DNA from: Fimicolochytrium jonesii | Lineage: Eukaryota | DNA length: 64,000 nucleotides | Direction: 5' to 3' | NCBI RefSeq assembly: GCF_025526975.1 | Contig: NW_026515669.1 | Span: forward strand, 930,001-994,000 | Shown here: in pieces, positions 1-13,252 of the stretch | How positions within the stretch are numbered: position 1 is the first letter of the stretch | How the letters are laid out: each line of letters begins with the position of its first letter | Position numbers and translations under genes: made by a program | The notes under the pieces: model-generated | Seen by the model: only the letters and a program-made list of their open reading frames with translations | Told to the model about the DNA's origin: nothing | The model's database searches: none

Positions 1-341
1 AAGCGTTCCGAAGAGCGTGCCCGTCTCCACAACTTGGACTTGGTCGACGAGGCCAAGATTGCGTTTGAGGCTCAGGAGTCGAGGGAGACCGCCGCACGTG
101 CTAAGAAGGCTGGATGTAAGTAGACCTGAGTTGATGTTGGACTCGAGGGGAAGGAAGAAATGCCTTTGCACGACTTGAAGTAGCTTGGGAGTCGCTTGTG
201 TCATATCCTTAGACTAACTTATCCTCCCATCTCATAGTGGCTACCATCGACAACGACTCTTGGAGATACGACGCTGAGCGCTACATGAACTTCTTGCTCT
301 CTGAAACCGAAGCGGAAGCACCAAAGCCTAAGAAGAAGTAG
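1..341 (+). CDS. 3' part of probable mitochondrial ATP synthase subunit e (Tim11/Atp21-like); 5' end lies outside the window
   Basis: Exon 1-115, GT-AG intron 116-237 with CTAAC branch, exon 238-341. Translation: KRSEERARLHNLDLVDEAKIAFEAQ...LATIDNDSWRYDAERYMNFLL...KKK*, resembling the C-terminal half of fungal subunit e. Confidence 0.55.
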
Positions 342-764
342 AGAGATTGTAAAAGCTTGTAGCGATAACCATGGATATGCACAACAATACATGAGGAGTA
401 CTCGACGAAATGAGAGAAAGCCACATGTTGCCTCAGGATAATCTGATCGTAGAGGAAGTTGAAATTTCGCAAACTGGCAGATGGCGAGGTTTCGACTATA
501 GAGCATGGGACGAGAGCTTTGCATAGAGCGGGGACATTGTCGTTATTCAGTGGCAACGAGATCGAATACGACAACTTCCGAGATTCTGAAGGGTGATGCA
601 CAAGCAACTCCGAGGTTCGTCTCTCGGTGTGCAGCGAGGACACGCATTCCATTTGATCTTCTCCGGCAGGGTTCCGCAATGCCTGTGTGGAAATTTCAGG
701 GCCATGCAGTGTATTTTACGCTCTATGGATAGATACATTTGGGTACACAATATGCTTCTCCGAC

Positions 765-2012
765 TCACAACAAACCTCCGTACCTACACAACGACGAAAG
801 CAAAGGTCAGACTGCGCAGTACCGTGCGATATCGAGCGATTTCGAGAAATCGGAGAGGAAACATACCCGAACGTGGCCTTTATGCTGTTCCAGTAGTAGT
901 TTGTCCAGTTCTTCTCAGTAGAGTCTTTCTCACCGATAGGCACATCTTTCTGAGTCAATTTCAAAACCGTGTTGTCACGCCCCTCCGTCAGGTCCAGGGT
1001 GACGATAGAATGATGTTCCGCTGGCCACTGCTTTTGACGCCACTTCCAGACGATCTTCTTCCCGACAACTACTTCCTCCAGGCTCCCCGAAACATTTCCG
1101 TCAAATAACCTAAAAGTTGATCCGACTTCTCGCCCAATTTCAGCGTTGCCGCGAGACCACGCCTGCACTCTTTGCTTGTCCAATAGGGTTTCGAACACAT
1201 CCCGAGCGGAGGCGACGAATTCAATCGTCTGCGTAATGGTCGTTAAACCACCGACTACCTTTGTGGTGCTGGTGGACTTGGTCTCCGTCGGAGCCACGGG
1301 TTTTGGCTGGTATGTCTTCAGGACAGGGTGGCCCTTCATCTCGTCGGCCGATATGTACACGTCTTTCACGTGGGCTATGACGTGAGAGGATAGAGAAGGT
1401 CAATGCTGTACCGCAAGTTACAGATGCCAGGGCCACTGGCTTACCCTCCAGGAGATCCTTCGAGAAGGAGCTGAGCTTAGCGCGGATCTCGTTCGTCAAC
1501 TCCTTACGAACAGCATCTTTGATGGGCTCCTTCTCCCGGGTGTCGTTGTCCATCGAGATATCGAACTGCAAGCAAAACACGTTTAGATCTCTGGATCACA
1601 TCGCAATATCAACCAAGATCACCCAAAACCTACCACCAGGTCATCCAAGTCGGTGTCATGCATGAATTCCGGAAGCACAATCTTGCCCGCAGCGCTCAAC
1701 CCGTCAAAGTCGCCAACCCAGCCAAGCGTGATGGCCACGTCGAAGATCGTTATCACCTTCCCCTTCCGTTGGTTGACGTCGACATCTCCGGTCACCTCAC
1801 GGACCTCTTCGACGGACACGTTGACGTTGCCCTTTGAGGCCTTGACGCCGGTGAGCCGACCAGTTATGTAAGTTTTGGCCCATGGAAGACAGTTCTTTTC
1901 CACCCAGTGCCTGTGATGGAAGGGGTCAGCTATCGATTAAGCGGAGATACGAGGCAGGAAAGGGTGAATACCAGTTGTTGACGTTCTTCCAGTTTGTGTC
2001 TTCCTGCGTCAT
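765..2012 (-). CDS. AHA1: Activator of Hsp90 ATPase (Aha1), multi-exon
   Basis: Spliced N-terminus MTQEDTNWKNVNNWHWVEKNC (NxNNWHW motif), DVNQRKGKVITIFD, and a C-terminal START-like domain ending NWTNYYWNSIKATFGYGGLL*. Confidence 0.92.
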
Positions 2013-2177
2013 TGTGGGAGTAGAGTACTCAGACGTAGCTGCTGCTTTGATGATTGGATTGCTACCTCAAGGGTGTGCTTATGTGGTTGCGTCTGTCGCG
2101 TATAAGTACTGTACAAGCCAACGAATGATCCTGTGCTGAAGTTGCGAGCTAAAGTATCCGCGGTTTTGGACCTTATG

Positions 2178-2216
2178 GAAACTCTTAGAAAATCACAGGA
2201 AAGTTCCTTCGTTTTC
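2178..2216. promoter_or_regulatory. Possible gapped heat-shock element upstream of AHA1
   Basis: GAA(2178), GAA(2188), GAAagTTC(2199-2206) and TTC(2214), about 170-200 bp upstream of an Hsp90 co-chaperone ATG. Confidence 0.35.
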
Positions 2217-4090
2217 CATGTCCGAACTGTTACCCCTGCGCGCCACGCACAGTCATCCCAACTTTGACCCTGAAAGCAAGGCCATCCACAGCTTTGAGCG
2301 TTGCGCTTTGCCCCGCCCCAATTCGTGGTGGCCCTCGTTGCAACCTTGATGTCTGGGACGGGCGCATGCACATCTTGACAAGATTGACTGAAGACGCCCG
2401 GCTGGATCTCGCTGCCCATATGGTTATGCAAGCAGAGGACATGATGGCTCATAGAGAGCGGAAAGGGTGGATCTTAAGGGTCAAAAGAAAGACTGGCGAG
2501 AAGCTGAGAAACTTCGCGATCTGGTCACATCAAGGCAACAGCACAACGTGGGGCCGCGAAAAACCGGGGAAAGCTCACTCAGTCACCGCTGCAAACCGGC
2601 TTCCATAGGAGGGGGGAAACTAAACAAAGCAGGTAAGAGTCGACGACTGAGCCTAAGGCGCGCGGCCCAATTTTTTTCTTTCTTCTTGAGGGTTGCCATA
2701 AGGCGGCAGCGGGGTTGGATGTCGTTGCTCATGCGATGGCGCACGGCAAGGGCTTCGTGTTGATAATGGCATACCGGCCGGCCAATAATCTCTTCTGAGT
2801 ACCTTCAGCTGATTCACTGCGAGTTCTTCGACCATTTTTCCGACCAAGCATTTGCCGCTGCACTTGAGCCACTCGGGCGTAAAACCCGGTCCTTGCCGGC
2901 GCTTTCCCGACGTAACGGCCCGCAAGGATGGTGTTCCCCGGTTTGGTAGCACCCGTCAAGCATATCCTCTCTTAGTCCATAGACCTAAGACCCAAGACCC
3001 CAACCCAAGAAATTTGCGACTCCTCTATGTCCGCGACAATTAGATGTTCGATGGAAGCAGCGCTGGGGATGCTAGCGTTTACGGCGTTTGCAGCAGGACT
3101 CCTCGATTCCGCGATGGCATGAAATATGAAATTGACTCGGCTTCAAGATTCGGTTTACCGCGAATCGTACTGTATTCTAAATGCATCCGCCGCTAGGAAA
3201 TCGGTAGAGGTCCGATGACACCCTTGCTCACAAAGCCTCACTCAGGGTCATCTCTAGTCGCCCATCACGATTTCCTCAAAGCATCAATCACACGCTCCCC
3301 AGTCGTCCAGGTGCGTCTTCAGGCGCGTCTTCCCATAACCATTGCCTTGTTCAGGTCGCAGCGGGTTTTCGTCATTGCCTTATGGGTATCGCTGAGGTCC
3401 TCCTTTATTGCCTTTTTCGAGTTGTTCATATCCTCGTTCAGTTGGTCACGTCTTCATTCAGCACCTTGGCGATATCCTCCGATAATTTCGAGCCATTCCG
3501 ATGTTGCACTCCCAAGATAAGTCCCGTAAGCCTTCCGACCCCCAAGGCCTTTCTCCACCACATTTTCTTAGTGCTCCTATCCTTCAACGGCTCGCTTGCG
3601 ACCGACCCATCTATGCTCACTGCGAGGGGACTGGACAGTGGGCGTAGTGGGGTCGGGCGGGGAGGTGGAAGACGTGCCTTGTGGCGACATGTCCAAGCAG
3701 GAAGGAGAGAGGAAAAAAGCTTTCACGGTGAAGCGATACCGGTAGGGCGCCCCGCAGGTTTGCCACACCTGTACGGTATATACAGTAGTAGGTACACATG
3801 TTAGGTGGTAGCGAGTGGAGAGCCTGAAATTCGAAGGCCGAGATGGGGAGATATTCCAAACGCAAGTGGCGCAGCGAATCCGTCGCAAGCGTTACCGAGC
3901 GCCAGGACCTGGGGTTCCCATGCTTACCTAACGGTTTTGGGTGCTTGTCTCTGGTCCCTCCGCTTTCGCTCCCTCTGCGACTTTTTTGTCGCCATGTGCT
4001 CAGCTTGGGAAAACCTCGCCCATTACAGAGGAAACTCGTTATCCACATTGAGCTTGAAACTTCGACTCCCTCCGAAGAAAACCACTCAGT

Positions 4091-6434
4091 ATGTCGGAAA
4101 CCATGGTGGTACCCGGCGGAGCTTTCGGCAAGCAGCTCGCGAATTCTGGTAATGTTTAACTCAGTGCCTTCGTCGTCCGTCAAAAAGTGTGTTTTGGAGC
4201 CTAATGTTATACTTCAGATAAGAAAGTCCGAGACCGTGCTGTCAGAGGACTCCAAAAGTGGCTGATAAGCAACGAAGAACTCACGGACTTGCAGCTCTTA
4301 AAATTGTGGAAGGGTCTTTTCTACTGTAAGCTCAGCCACAGGAAGAATTTCCCAAAGGAGACGTTCTGACTACCCACGTCTTTGCAGGTTTCTGGATGTC
4401 AGACAAGCCAATGATTCAGGAGCATCTTGCCGACAAGCTGGCAGCGGTTGTTATGAAGTTGCCGGAAGGAAACGGTCTGCGATACATGAAAGCTTTTTGG
4501 ACGATAATGATCAAGGAGTGGCACGGAATAGACAGGCTGCGGTAAGTCTGAGGGAAGCAGCAGTATCGAGGAGCCAGGAGATAACGGCTAAACGAAACTT
4601 TGGATGCAGATTGGACAAGTTTTATATGCTATTGCGGAAGTTCCACTTTTACGGCTTCCGTTACCTACAGACGAAGGAGTGGGAGCAAAGTGTCGTCGAG
4701 CAATACCTTAACCTTTTGATTAAAGGTCCTTTGAGGTATGGAGGAGATGAAGGAGACGCACAATGGGAAGCAGAGCCTCAACAAATGGTGTATTCTAGGC
4801 CAAACGATTTGAAGGTGCCTGACGGACTCCGATACCATACATCGGAAGTTTACCTGGATGAACTGCGAAAGGCTGTCAGCTCTGAGGTAAGCTTGAGCTC
4901 CGGGGCGCATTTGAACTGAGAGAGTATCTGAAGTCTCCATAGCCATCAAAGGAGACGAAAGTGCAGCTTTTGCAACCATTCTTCGTCAACCTCGCATCGA
5001 GTGCAAGCGACACGGTATTCTCTCGCATTCAGGACAACATCTTCAAGTCGATTTTGAAGCAGGCACTTAGTGGTGCGTGCGTCGGACTGCGAAACGTGCA
5101 AGGCTTAGGAAAATACTAACGAGTGACCCAACTATCTCGTAGAGGAGGCATCAGTGGAGAGCGAGAAGTCTGCGGGATGGAGGTTTGACGAGGTGGAAGT
5201 CGGTCGACGTTTGCTGGCCATATCGGAGAGCACCGACACCATCATCAAAAACCGCTCCAAAGTCGAGAAGCTTTTCAAGGAATATGCGTCTGCACTTGAC
5301 AAATCTATTGTGTGGACGACAGCAGAGGGGAAGACTAGCAGCAAAAAGAAGGGAAAGACTGCTCGTCTTGCGGATAAGCCGCTGATTCTGCGAGCTCGAA
5401 AAGTTGATGAGAACGATATGCAGGTAGACTCCGCAGATGAGACACCTGTCTCGACAGCTACGGCGACCGAGGCGTCATCTCCCCAGAAGAAGCGTAAAGC
5501 TACCAGCGACTCCGAAACGGAGCCTGCAGCAAAGACGAAGCGAAACAACAACAAGAAGAGGAAAACGTCGCAGGCATCAGAGGCAGAGGTCGAAGCAGCA
5601 CAGGTTGATGCGTCGCAGGACTCTATGGTCGAGGAGGCCAACGGCGCGGATACAGTGCAAGTGACGAACACTCATGTCGAGATTTCACAAGAGACAGGTG
5701 GGCAAGATGGTTCGGGCTCTTTGAGATAGAGGAGCAGAAGTGTTGATACAACTTCGTCGTTTTAGTGGAAACACCAAAAACGCCGAAGGGGAAGGGGAAG
5801 AAAAGCGAGGCCAAGACTGTTCCGTCGAAGAGGCTAGAGGTATGCGGTGCAACTTCTCTGGCATGTGGCAACGGGCGGGACTGATGGCCTACCATATGAC
5901 AGCAATTCGTTAAGGCACCGGACAGCGACCCGACACACAAGAAGTCGGTGCTGTTCGTATTAGATAAGAACGAGGTTAAAGGTATGGCTTTCGCATACCT
6001 ACGTGATACGCTACGGTCATGGACACAAAGCGTTAACCACCTTTCTCCACATAGAGTTCCGGAGACGCGAACCAGTAGCGGACGAAGGCACACCGACCCG
6101 CAAAACAGAAGTTGACGCAAAGAAAGTCCTCAAACCCGCACCACCACCCATGCTCGCTGAAGAACTTGAGCGCCTGATAAAGAGCGCCGACACTGCCGAT
6201 GTGAAGGCAGCTGAGCTTGGCAGGCTGGCTATGGAGAGCGCCATGGAGAGCGCCATGGAGGGTGCTGTCTCTACGTCTTCGTTCACCGTGACCACCACCA
6301 AGACAACGACTCCGTCGAAGAACAACAAGAAGTCGGCAGGTGGCAGATCGACCGCGACCCCCAAGAGCAATGGAAAGAAAAAGACGCCAAAGGGCTCAGC
6401 CAAGAAGAGACCGATTGCCGCCGATTTCATGTAG
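4091..6434 (+). CDS. RRP1: rRNA processing protein Rrp1/Nop52 with long charged C-terminal extension, multi-exon
   Basis: Spliced FGKQLANSDKKVRDRAV...[20 protein letters not shown]...EWHGIDRLRLDKFYMLLR (Nop52 signature); ends KKRPIAADFM*. Confidence 0.9.
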
Positions 6435-6598
6435 ATAATTTCGGTATGGATCGATTTTCCCTCCCAGAAATTGCCACCTGTATGTGGCCTCCTCCCATTG
6501 CAAAGGCAGTACTTATTTAGAGCTATTTCCATTTTGTAACTTAAATGCCGGCTACTCCCAATTCATGTATCTAAGCTTTCCTATATAGCGTGAGATCT

Positions 6599-8023
6599 TC
6601 ATATGGCGGTGTGAAATAGATACGAGATTGACTCTCCATTGTGGTTCCTCCGAATGGCCTCTGCTAGCACCCCACTGATATCGATGACCCGTAGTTTCTT
6701 CGAGGCCTTTTGTTTCGAGGCCAAGGGGTACGTGTTTGTTACGATCACCTGAGAATCCAACGATATAGAGTTACGAGGTCCTTTTCGAGTAGCATCGACA
6801 ATCCATCGGAACTCGAACTCCGTCCGTACCTCATCAACAGCCTCACAATCATCAATCTCCTGCATCGCATTCCCGGAAAGAATTCCATGCGTCGCAATGA
6901 TCCTCACAGTCGACGCTTTGCAGCGCTTCAGATGTTCCGCCGCGTCCAAAAAGGAATGAGTTCCGTCAATGATATCATCCTGCACACAAAGGGAGATCCC
7001 GGATCTTCAGCTTTCCAAGTCGTGTTGCGCGATGAAAGCGCCTCCGTGGTTTCAAGAACGCACCAAAACAAAACAATCTCTTCCGTTGACGTCTCCTACG
7101 AGCGTCAATCTGTTCTCTCGTCCTTCGTCATCTAAGACCGCAGTTCCTTTCGACGACTGGTGTATGTGATATCGCTCGCGATGTATCAAGGCGAAATCGG
7201 TTTGTAGCTTGTCTGCTAATGCTGTCACTCTGCGAAACGATGTTTAGACGTGGCTGTATCCTGGGAACCTTTCCCCGTCCCCCTACCTCTTGACACCTCC
7301 AGCGTTCTTGGAAATCACGACCGAGTCCTGGTAGTTCGGATAGTTCGCCTTGATGTACTGTGCAATGCATGGTTCGGCAACGAGGTTATCTATCGTGGTT
7401 TTGAAGAAGCCTTGCACTTGAGTGGAATGCAGGTCCATTGTGATGACGTGATCTACTCCGGCGGTTGCGAGCATGTTTGCGACGACTAGGGGAAAGAGTT
7501 GGAATCAGTGAAGCGCTGTGCGTCAACCTTTTTGGACCTAGTTGTGCTCACGTTTAGCGGTTATGGCTCCCCGCGCCTTCTTCTTCTTCGACTGCTTGTT
7601 GTATGGGAAATATGGCACGCTGCATATAAAACCTGCATCAGCCAATTGCACTCCCCTGTATGTCAGCAAGTTCTCCGTAAATACACAGCCGTAATCCTCT
7701 TAGCACTCGCAATCTTGCACGCGTTTATCATAATCAGCAGCTCCATCAGATGGTCGTTGATATGCATAGACCCAGACTGGATCAGATAAACATCCTCGTC
7801 ACGGACAGAGACGCCAATCTCCACCGCCGTTTCAGCGTTGGAGAACCGTTTCGTAACCGCAGGCGCGGCTGGACATCCTAGTCGGTCGAGAATGAGGGCT
7901 GCGAGATCGGGGTGCGAGGAGCCCGTGAAGATTTTGACCTGGACATGAGGGAGGGAGGTATTAATATAAGGAGCATACTCTCGAACGACGAAAAGTGGGA
8001 CTTGTCACCCTTACCTTGCGCAT
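6599..8023 (-). CDS. PRS1: Ribose-phosphate pyrophosphokinase (PRPP synthetase), multi-exon
   Basis: [76 protein letters not shown]. Confidence 0.93.
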
Positions 8024-8523
8024 GTTTCGAAATTTTGGTCGGGAGTCGTCTTCCGCTGGTGGGTCGTCTCGCACGGAAGGCTCCAAAGTCGCACTGACGG
8101 GGGTCTCTAGGGAATCCACACTTGCGTGTGTCGAGCGTAAAGAAGGGTGGGGGTATGAATTCTCAGCGTAAGTGTGTCCTATGGGAAAACCCTATGGCCT
8201 ATGGCTAACTGGAGGGGAAGTTGAGCAACACGGTGGGCCAAAAGCAGGGCCAAAAGCGCAGGCTGTGCTGAGCACAAGCGTGCTGCCAGCGCGTTGATTC
8301 AGATGATTCCCTAGCTCTCCCTTTTCATAACTCTACTCACATTTCTTTGCAACACTATAACAATAATGACTGTGGGGTTCATGGGCGAGTAACTAAATGC
8401 GAACCATTGTCTACGTGTGGCTAAACGGCGGACCATCATCAAAAGTCTAACGCTACAAAGGTCTGCGATCGTCGGTGGGTTTCGGGCGACTGTCCCAAAA
8501 ACGGCTTGGATGCCTCCAGTTGG

Positions 8524-10434
8524 CTATACGAATACTTCTCTGCAGTACGCAATGCCGAGCAGCGGTGGCCCCGTGTACATTGCAAACCAAAAGAAACCGT
8601 TGCCCTGTGTGACATAACATGTTAATGAGTGTGCTGGGTTGTCATTGGCGGTTCTGCGAATGTCATAACTTACCCATCGTGGATGCTTCTTCAACTTGGA
8701 CCACCTCGACACGTAAATCAGTGGAATCTGCAGCATCTGCATGATAAACAGGTACATCCGCAACCTCTTCGAGAGAACGACCATGACAACTTCATGCAGA
8801 CAACTGGACAAGAAGAACGTAAGGAAAGTCGCATTGTTCTTCGACAGCTTGTACTGCGAGATGGATTCGAGGTAGACGTGGCGGAGGAGGAACTCGTGGA
8901 CGGGTTTGTTCCATTTGCGCGCATATTCGTCAAACGTGACGCTGTTCCACCAGTCGTCGTAGAACTGGCGATCTGCGAATCGTGTCATTTCGGCGAACCA
9001 GCATAACACGCACTGTTGCGAAGGCATGTCATCAAAATTCATGAAGAGAGAACATGAAGTCAACATGAATACACGACTTACCTCGAAAATCAGATAGAAG
9101 ATCATCATGTATGCAACCATGAACGGAATGAGCAGTTGCGTCAAGCTCTCGACAAAAGTGATCGATCCCATGTTCATCAACACAGGATATATCAAATGTT
9201 CGATTGTGATGTAAAGGCACATGCACACGCCAAGGAACCCGGCCGTCTTCTCGAAAACATACCACGGACGAATTCTGCAATGAGGAGGGTCAGGCCATTG
9301 TCGCTGCGAACCACATGTTCCTAGAAGTCGAGCCGTTTTGAACACACCTGTTGGTACGAGGATACTCCAGTTCGTACACTAACGTCGGTACTAAGAGATA
9401 GTCGATGAAGTTGTAGAAAGTGACATTCTTGGGGAACTCCGTGTTTCCCTTCCGTAGCTCCACCTGCGTTTCCTGGGCTTTCTCTTTGCATTCCTCCCAT
9501 TCCTTGTTGCTCGGCGCAAGTTCGGAAGAGGCATCATTCAATTTCTTCATTGAACCCGCCAGCTCGTCCATCCTCCTCTTGTACTGCTGCACCTTCGTCC
9601 ACTTGTGCAGCATCTCAGCGTTGTATGACATATACGAATGCTGCTTCAGTAACATCGCCATTGTGTGGATGGTGAATGACCCTTTCTGCGTCCAACTCCA
9701 ATTGTCACGGTTGTACACCCAATACAGTGCGATACCGAACCAGATGGTCTGGTAAGTGTGCTGGATGGCGCGTGCAACCACTCGTGGCGTGAGCGAGCCT
9801 TTTGCAAAGACGCTTCGGATAGAGACCAAGAATTTTGTAAAGAAGAAGACGGAGAACAAGCTCATGATGAGGACTATTTCGGAGAAGAGGAAGTCCCAGC
9901 TCTGTTGCGGCAGGAGTGAGTTGCAAATGTTGGCATTAGCAATGAAAGTCTCAAGCTGGATTTAGAAAATCATTGTGGTTGTACCTCCGAGAACATCTGC
10001 GTCGCAAGATGGGTCCCGATGAACTGGCCATCATTCTTCCAGTTGTTGAAAAGATTCAAGCTCATATACGCGGCCATTGTCATCCATACGAGCGTAAAAA
10101 ATCCTCGAAACGAGTTCTGACTTTCTTGAAGCGTCTCCCAGTCCATCAACGACGGACGAGCCGAGAAAGAGTTTGCACGAACCCTGCCCGCAGGTCGTGC
10201 GGCAGGAACCGAGAGGTTGTCCCCTTGCTTCTGATTCGCATCCCCGCTGACACCATTTGCGTGAGCCTCCTTATGCAGCGGTGTAGGGGTTCCCGGCGGA
10301 GATCGGCGGGTTATCAAGTCCCCTTCGTCGGTAGACGCTGTTTCCAGGTAGGGGCCATTTTGCAGGGCCACATCTGCGGGATCTTTGAACTTTGCGTTGT
10401 TCACTACCCCGCGTATCGGTTTTGCCGCGGACAT
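8524..10434 (-). CDS. Sterol O-acyltransferase (ACAT/Are family, MBOAT), multi-exon
   Basis: PTLVYELEYPRT, FADRQFYDDWWNS, RKWNKPVHEFLLRHVY, catalytic HE in SSCLHEVV, GNGFFWF. Confidence 0.9.
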
Positions 10435-10978
10435 TGGACGACTCGACGTCTGCTGCGTTGCCTACTAGGTTTCCTTTACGAAGTTGGAGCCCCTTTGAGA
10501 AACGTGATGAATACACCGTTTTGCAGACTTTTCTTGCTCGCGACACCAGTTCCGCCTATGGACAGCTCAAGCGCTAACACTCCGTGGAGCAAATAGCTGA
10601 GACTCAGCCAATTACGCTGCGACTACTGCCGAAGTAGTCGTTTCTTGGCAACCGTCGGACGTGGATGGTTTCTCAGATTCTCTCCGGATGCCAGAGACCC
10701 CAAAACCCTTCGAATGACATCGCCCGCTTATTTCTTAAGTGGCCACGCGACAGTCATCCCAGAGATACCAGAATCTCGGACAGTGGGTCTCATTTGGCAA
10801 GTTGTTGGATGCCGGTACCGCCTCCGTCCACGTCCAAGCCCCCGCATGCATGGCGCAATTCACAGCTGCTGGAAGACATCACCAATGCAGATTTGAAGTT
10901 GAAACCGTAGTCATCGCTCGACGCCGCAGACTGGGATCCCAGTGCCGCTTCCATTACTCCTGAACTTGCTTTCCGTCG

Positions 10979-13135
10979 ATGTCTGCAAGGAGGGACAGTT
11001 CTCCGCCGCCATGCGTCTGCGAAAGACCGTCGGCCGGCGCCGCCGGCGCTGCCGTTGTGAACAGTTCTCACCCGAGCATAAGATCTCCCACAAGCGGAAT
11101 GAGCACGACCTCGTCAATTGCAACGCTCTCACATGTGGAGCGACAACAGAAGATCCCTGAGAAGACTTTCTACAAACGGGTCCTGCCCAGCACGTGCACG
11201 CCGTTCAACTCTTCAAAGGGTCGAGCATTGTTTTCCGAGGCCCTGACAGAGGGATACATGGAGACGTATTTCTCCCTGTCGCTGCAGTTTCTTACTCAGG
11301 CGGAACCTGCTTTTTGTGGCCTGTCCACTCTCTGTATGATCCTCAATACTCTTGAGAGTGAGTTCTGACACATTTCTGGGGCACTCCACTCCGTTAAGTG
11401 CGCTAACATGATGACTGATCTGGTTCCAGTGGATCCCGGAAGGCAGTGGAGAGGGAGTGTGTGGAGATGGTACGATGAATCTATGTTGGACTGCTGTCGG
11501 CCATTAGAGCATGTCCTTAAGAGCGGGATTACACTCCCCGAGTTTGTGTGCTTAGCTCGATGTAACGGGCTCAAGGCGACCATGAGCCGAGCGGATAAGG
11601 CGTAAGAGATGAAAGCCGGTCGCTTTGCATGGATTATCGGAACTTATGTGTCAACTTGCAGGACGAAGGAAGCGTTCTTGATGGCTTTGAAGCAGACTTC
11701 TCGGGAGCCAAGCGAGTTCATGGTGGTGTCTTACGACCGCGGAACACTGCAGCAAACGGGCAGCGGTCACTTTAGTCCGGTGGGCGGATACAACGAAAAG
11801 GAAAATATGGTGCTGATTCTGGATGTTGCCAGATTCAAGGTAGTGAAGAGTACGAGATGATACGCTACCGCGCTGTACTGATCCCATCTGATTTCTCGAC
11901 AGTATCCCGCTTATTGGGTGTCATTCGACCTTCTATGGTATGGGTACATTATAACAGACGTACCTGATTTGTGACGCCTAATTTCTATTCCAACCAGGGA
12001 ATCTCTGCAGCCAAAGGACAGTGCAACCAACAAGCCTAGGGGTTATATAACTTTGACCAAAGGCAAAAGGTCTTATGTTCAGTCGGCTCTTAGTCAGCTG
12101 GCTGTCAACCGGGAGTCTTGGCCACGTCTGTCGAGGATACTGTTCTCGGAGCTCCCACGACGCTTTGCCGCAAGTCCACCCAACAGCCCCGCGGACTTCA
12201 TCAACGTCGTGCTGGAGTCAATACCAGACGTTTACGATTCTGTGGTGGAAAACAGGATGCCTTTGTTTGTAACGCCAAGTCCCATCCCCGTGTCGGATGG
12301 AGACGGATGTTCCAAGGATGATGATGATGAGGAAGACCCCGTCGCGGCGTTCGAAAAGTACATGGCCGGCTTGGATGAATTGCTGCTATCGCTTGCGCAA
12401 ACTGAGCTCTACAAACTGGTGGAATCCTCAATGGCAACGCAGCGAAAAGCCAAGCGGAGGATAGAAAACGCCAATCTCGCCGCCGAAAAGCTCTCGGACC
12501 TGGTCAATGGACGTGTAACGGCCCTGACGGACGAACTTGGCGGCGAGAATTCCGCACCCCCCAGTTCGCCCCGATACCACTCGAGTCGAAGGGGATCGGT
12601 CGTGCAGTCGCAGCTTCTCCTATCTTTCCGCCCAACGCCGCTGTCGTCCCCCGCCATATCTGCAGTAGACCTGCTCCCGCAAAACCATCCCGTCAAGGAC
12701 TTCACTGCATTTCTCACCATGTTTCTGTTTGCGCTGTTCTCCTATAAACCATTCCATGAGGACCTTCCGGACGTGTTGGATGAGAGCATAGACAGCCTGC
12801 CCACCGCTCCTATTCAGACTGCCGCCCCCGCTCCTGCTATCCCAGCACGCCCTTACCGTCGAAGAGAGTCGATGGCTGTGCGAGTACGAGAAGTAGTTAA
12901 TCTGGATGTGGCTGGCGTGCAGGACCCGACATTACGGAAGGAAGTGGCTTTCTTGAGGTCGCAGATAGCTGCGTTGACGGAGCTTGTTGATTCGGACACT
13001 CAGCCGACGAATGGGGTTCTGACTAAGGTTCCCGAAGCTCCGGATGTTCCAAACTCGAACGGCACTGCTGGAGCACAGGCCATTCCGCCATCACCTGGAT
13101 CGGTTGTCGACGTATCGCCACCTGTGTCAGTCTGA
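10979..13135 (+). CDS. PCS1: Phytochelatin synthase (glutathione gamma-glutamylcysteinyltransferase), multi-exon
   Basis: [17 protein letters not shown] (catalytic Cys), [35 protein letters not shown] (His), [11 protein letters not shown] (Asp). Confidence 0.92.
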
Positions 13136-13252
13136 TACCTGGACGCCTAGCGTACGCGAACCGCTTCTTCTTGCGCGAAGATGGGATATTACGGGTATTG
13201 GCTAACTTCGCTGCCATTACGAGCCAGGCATCCGCTCTCCATCAAAGTGCAT

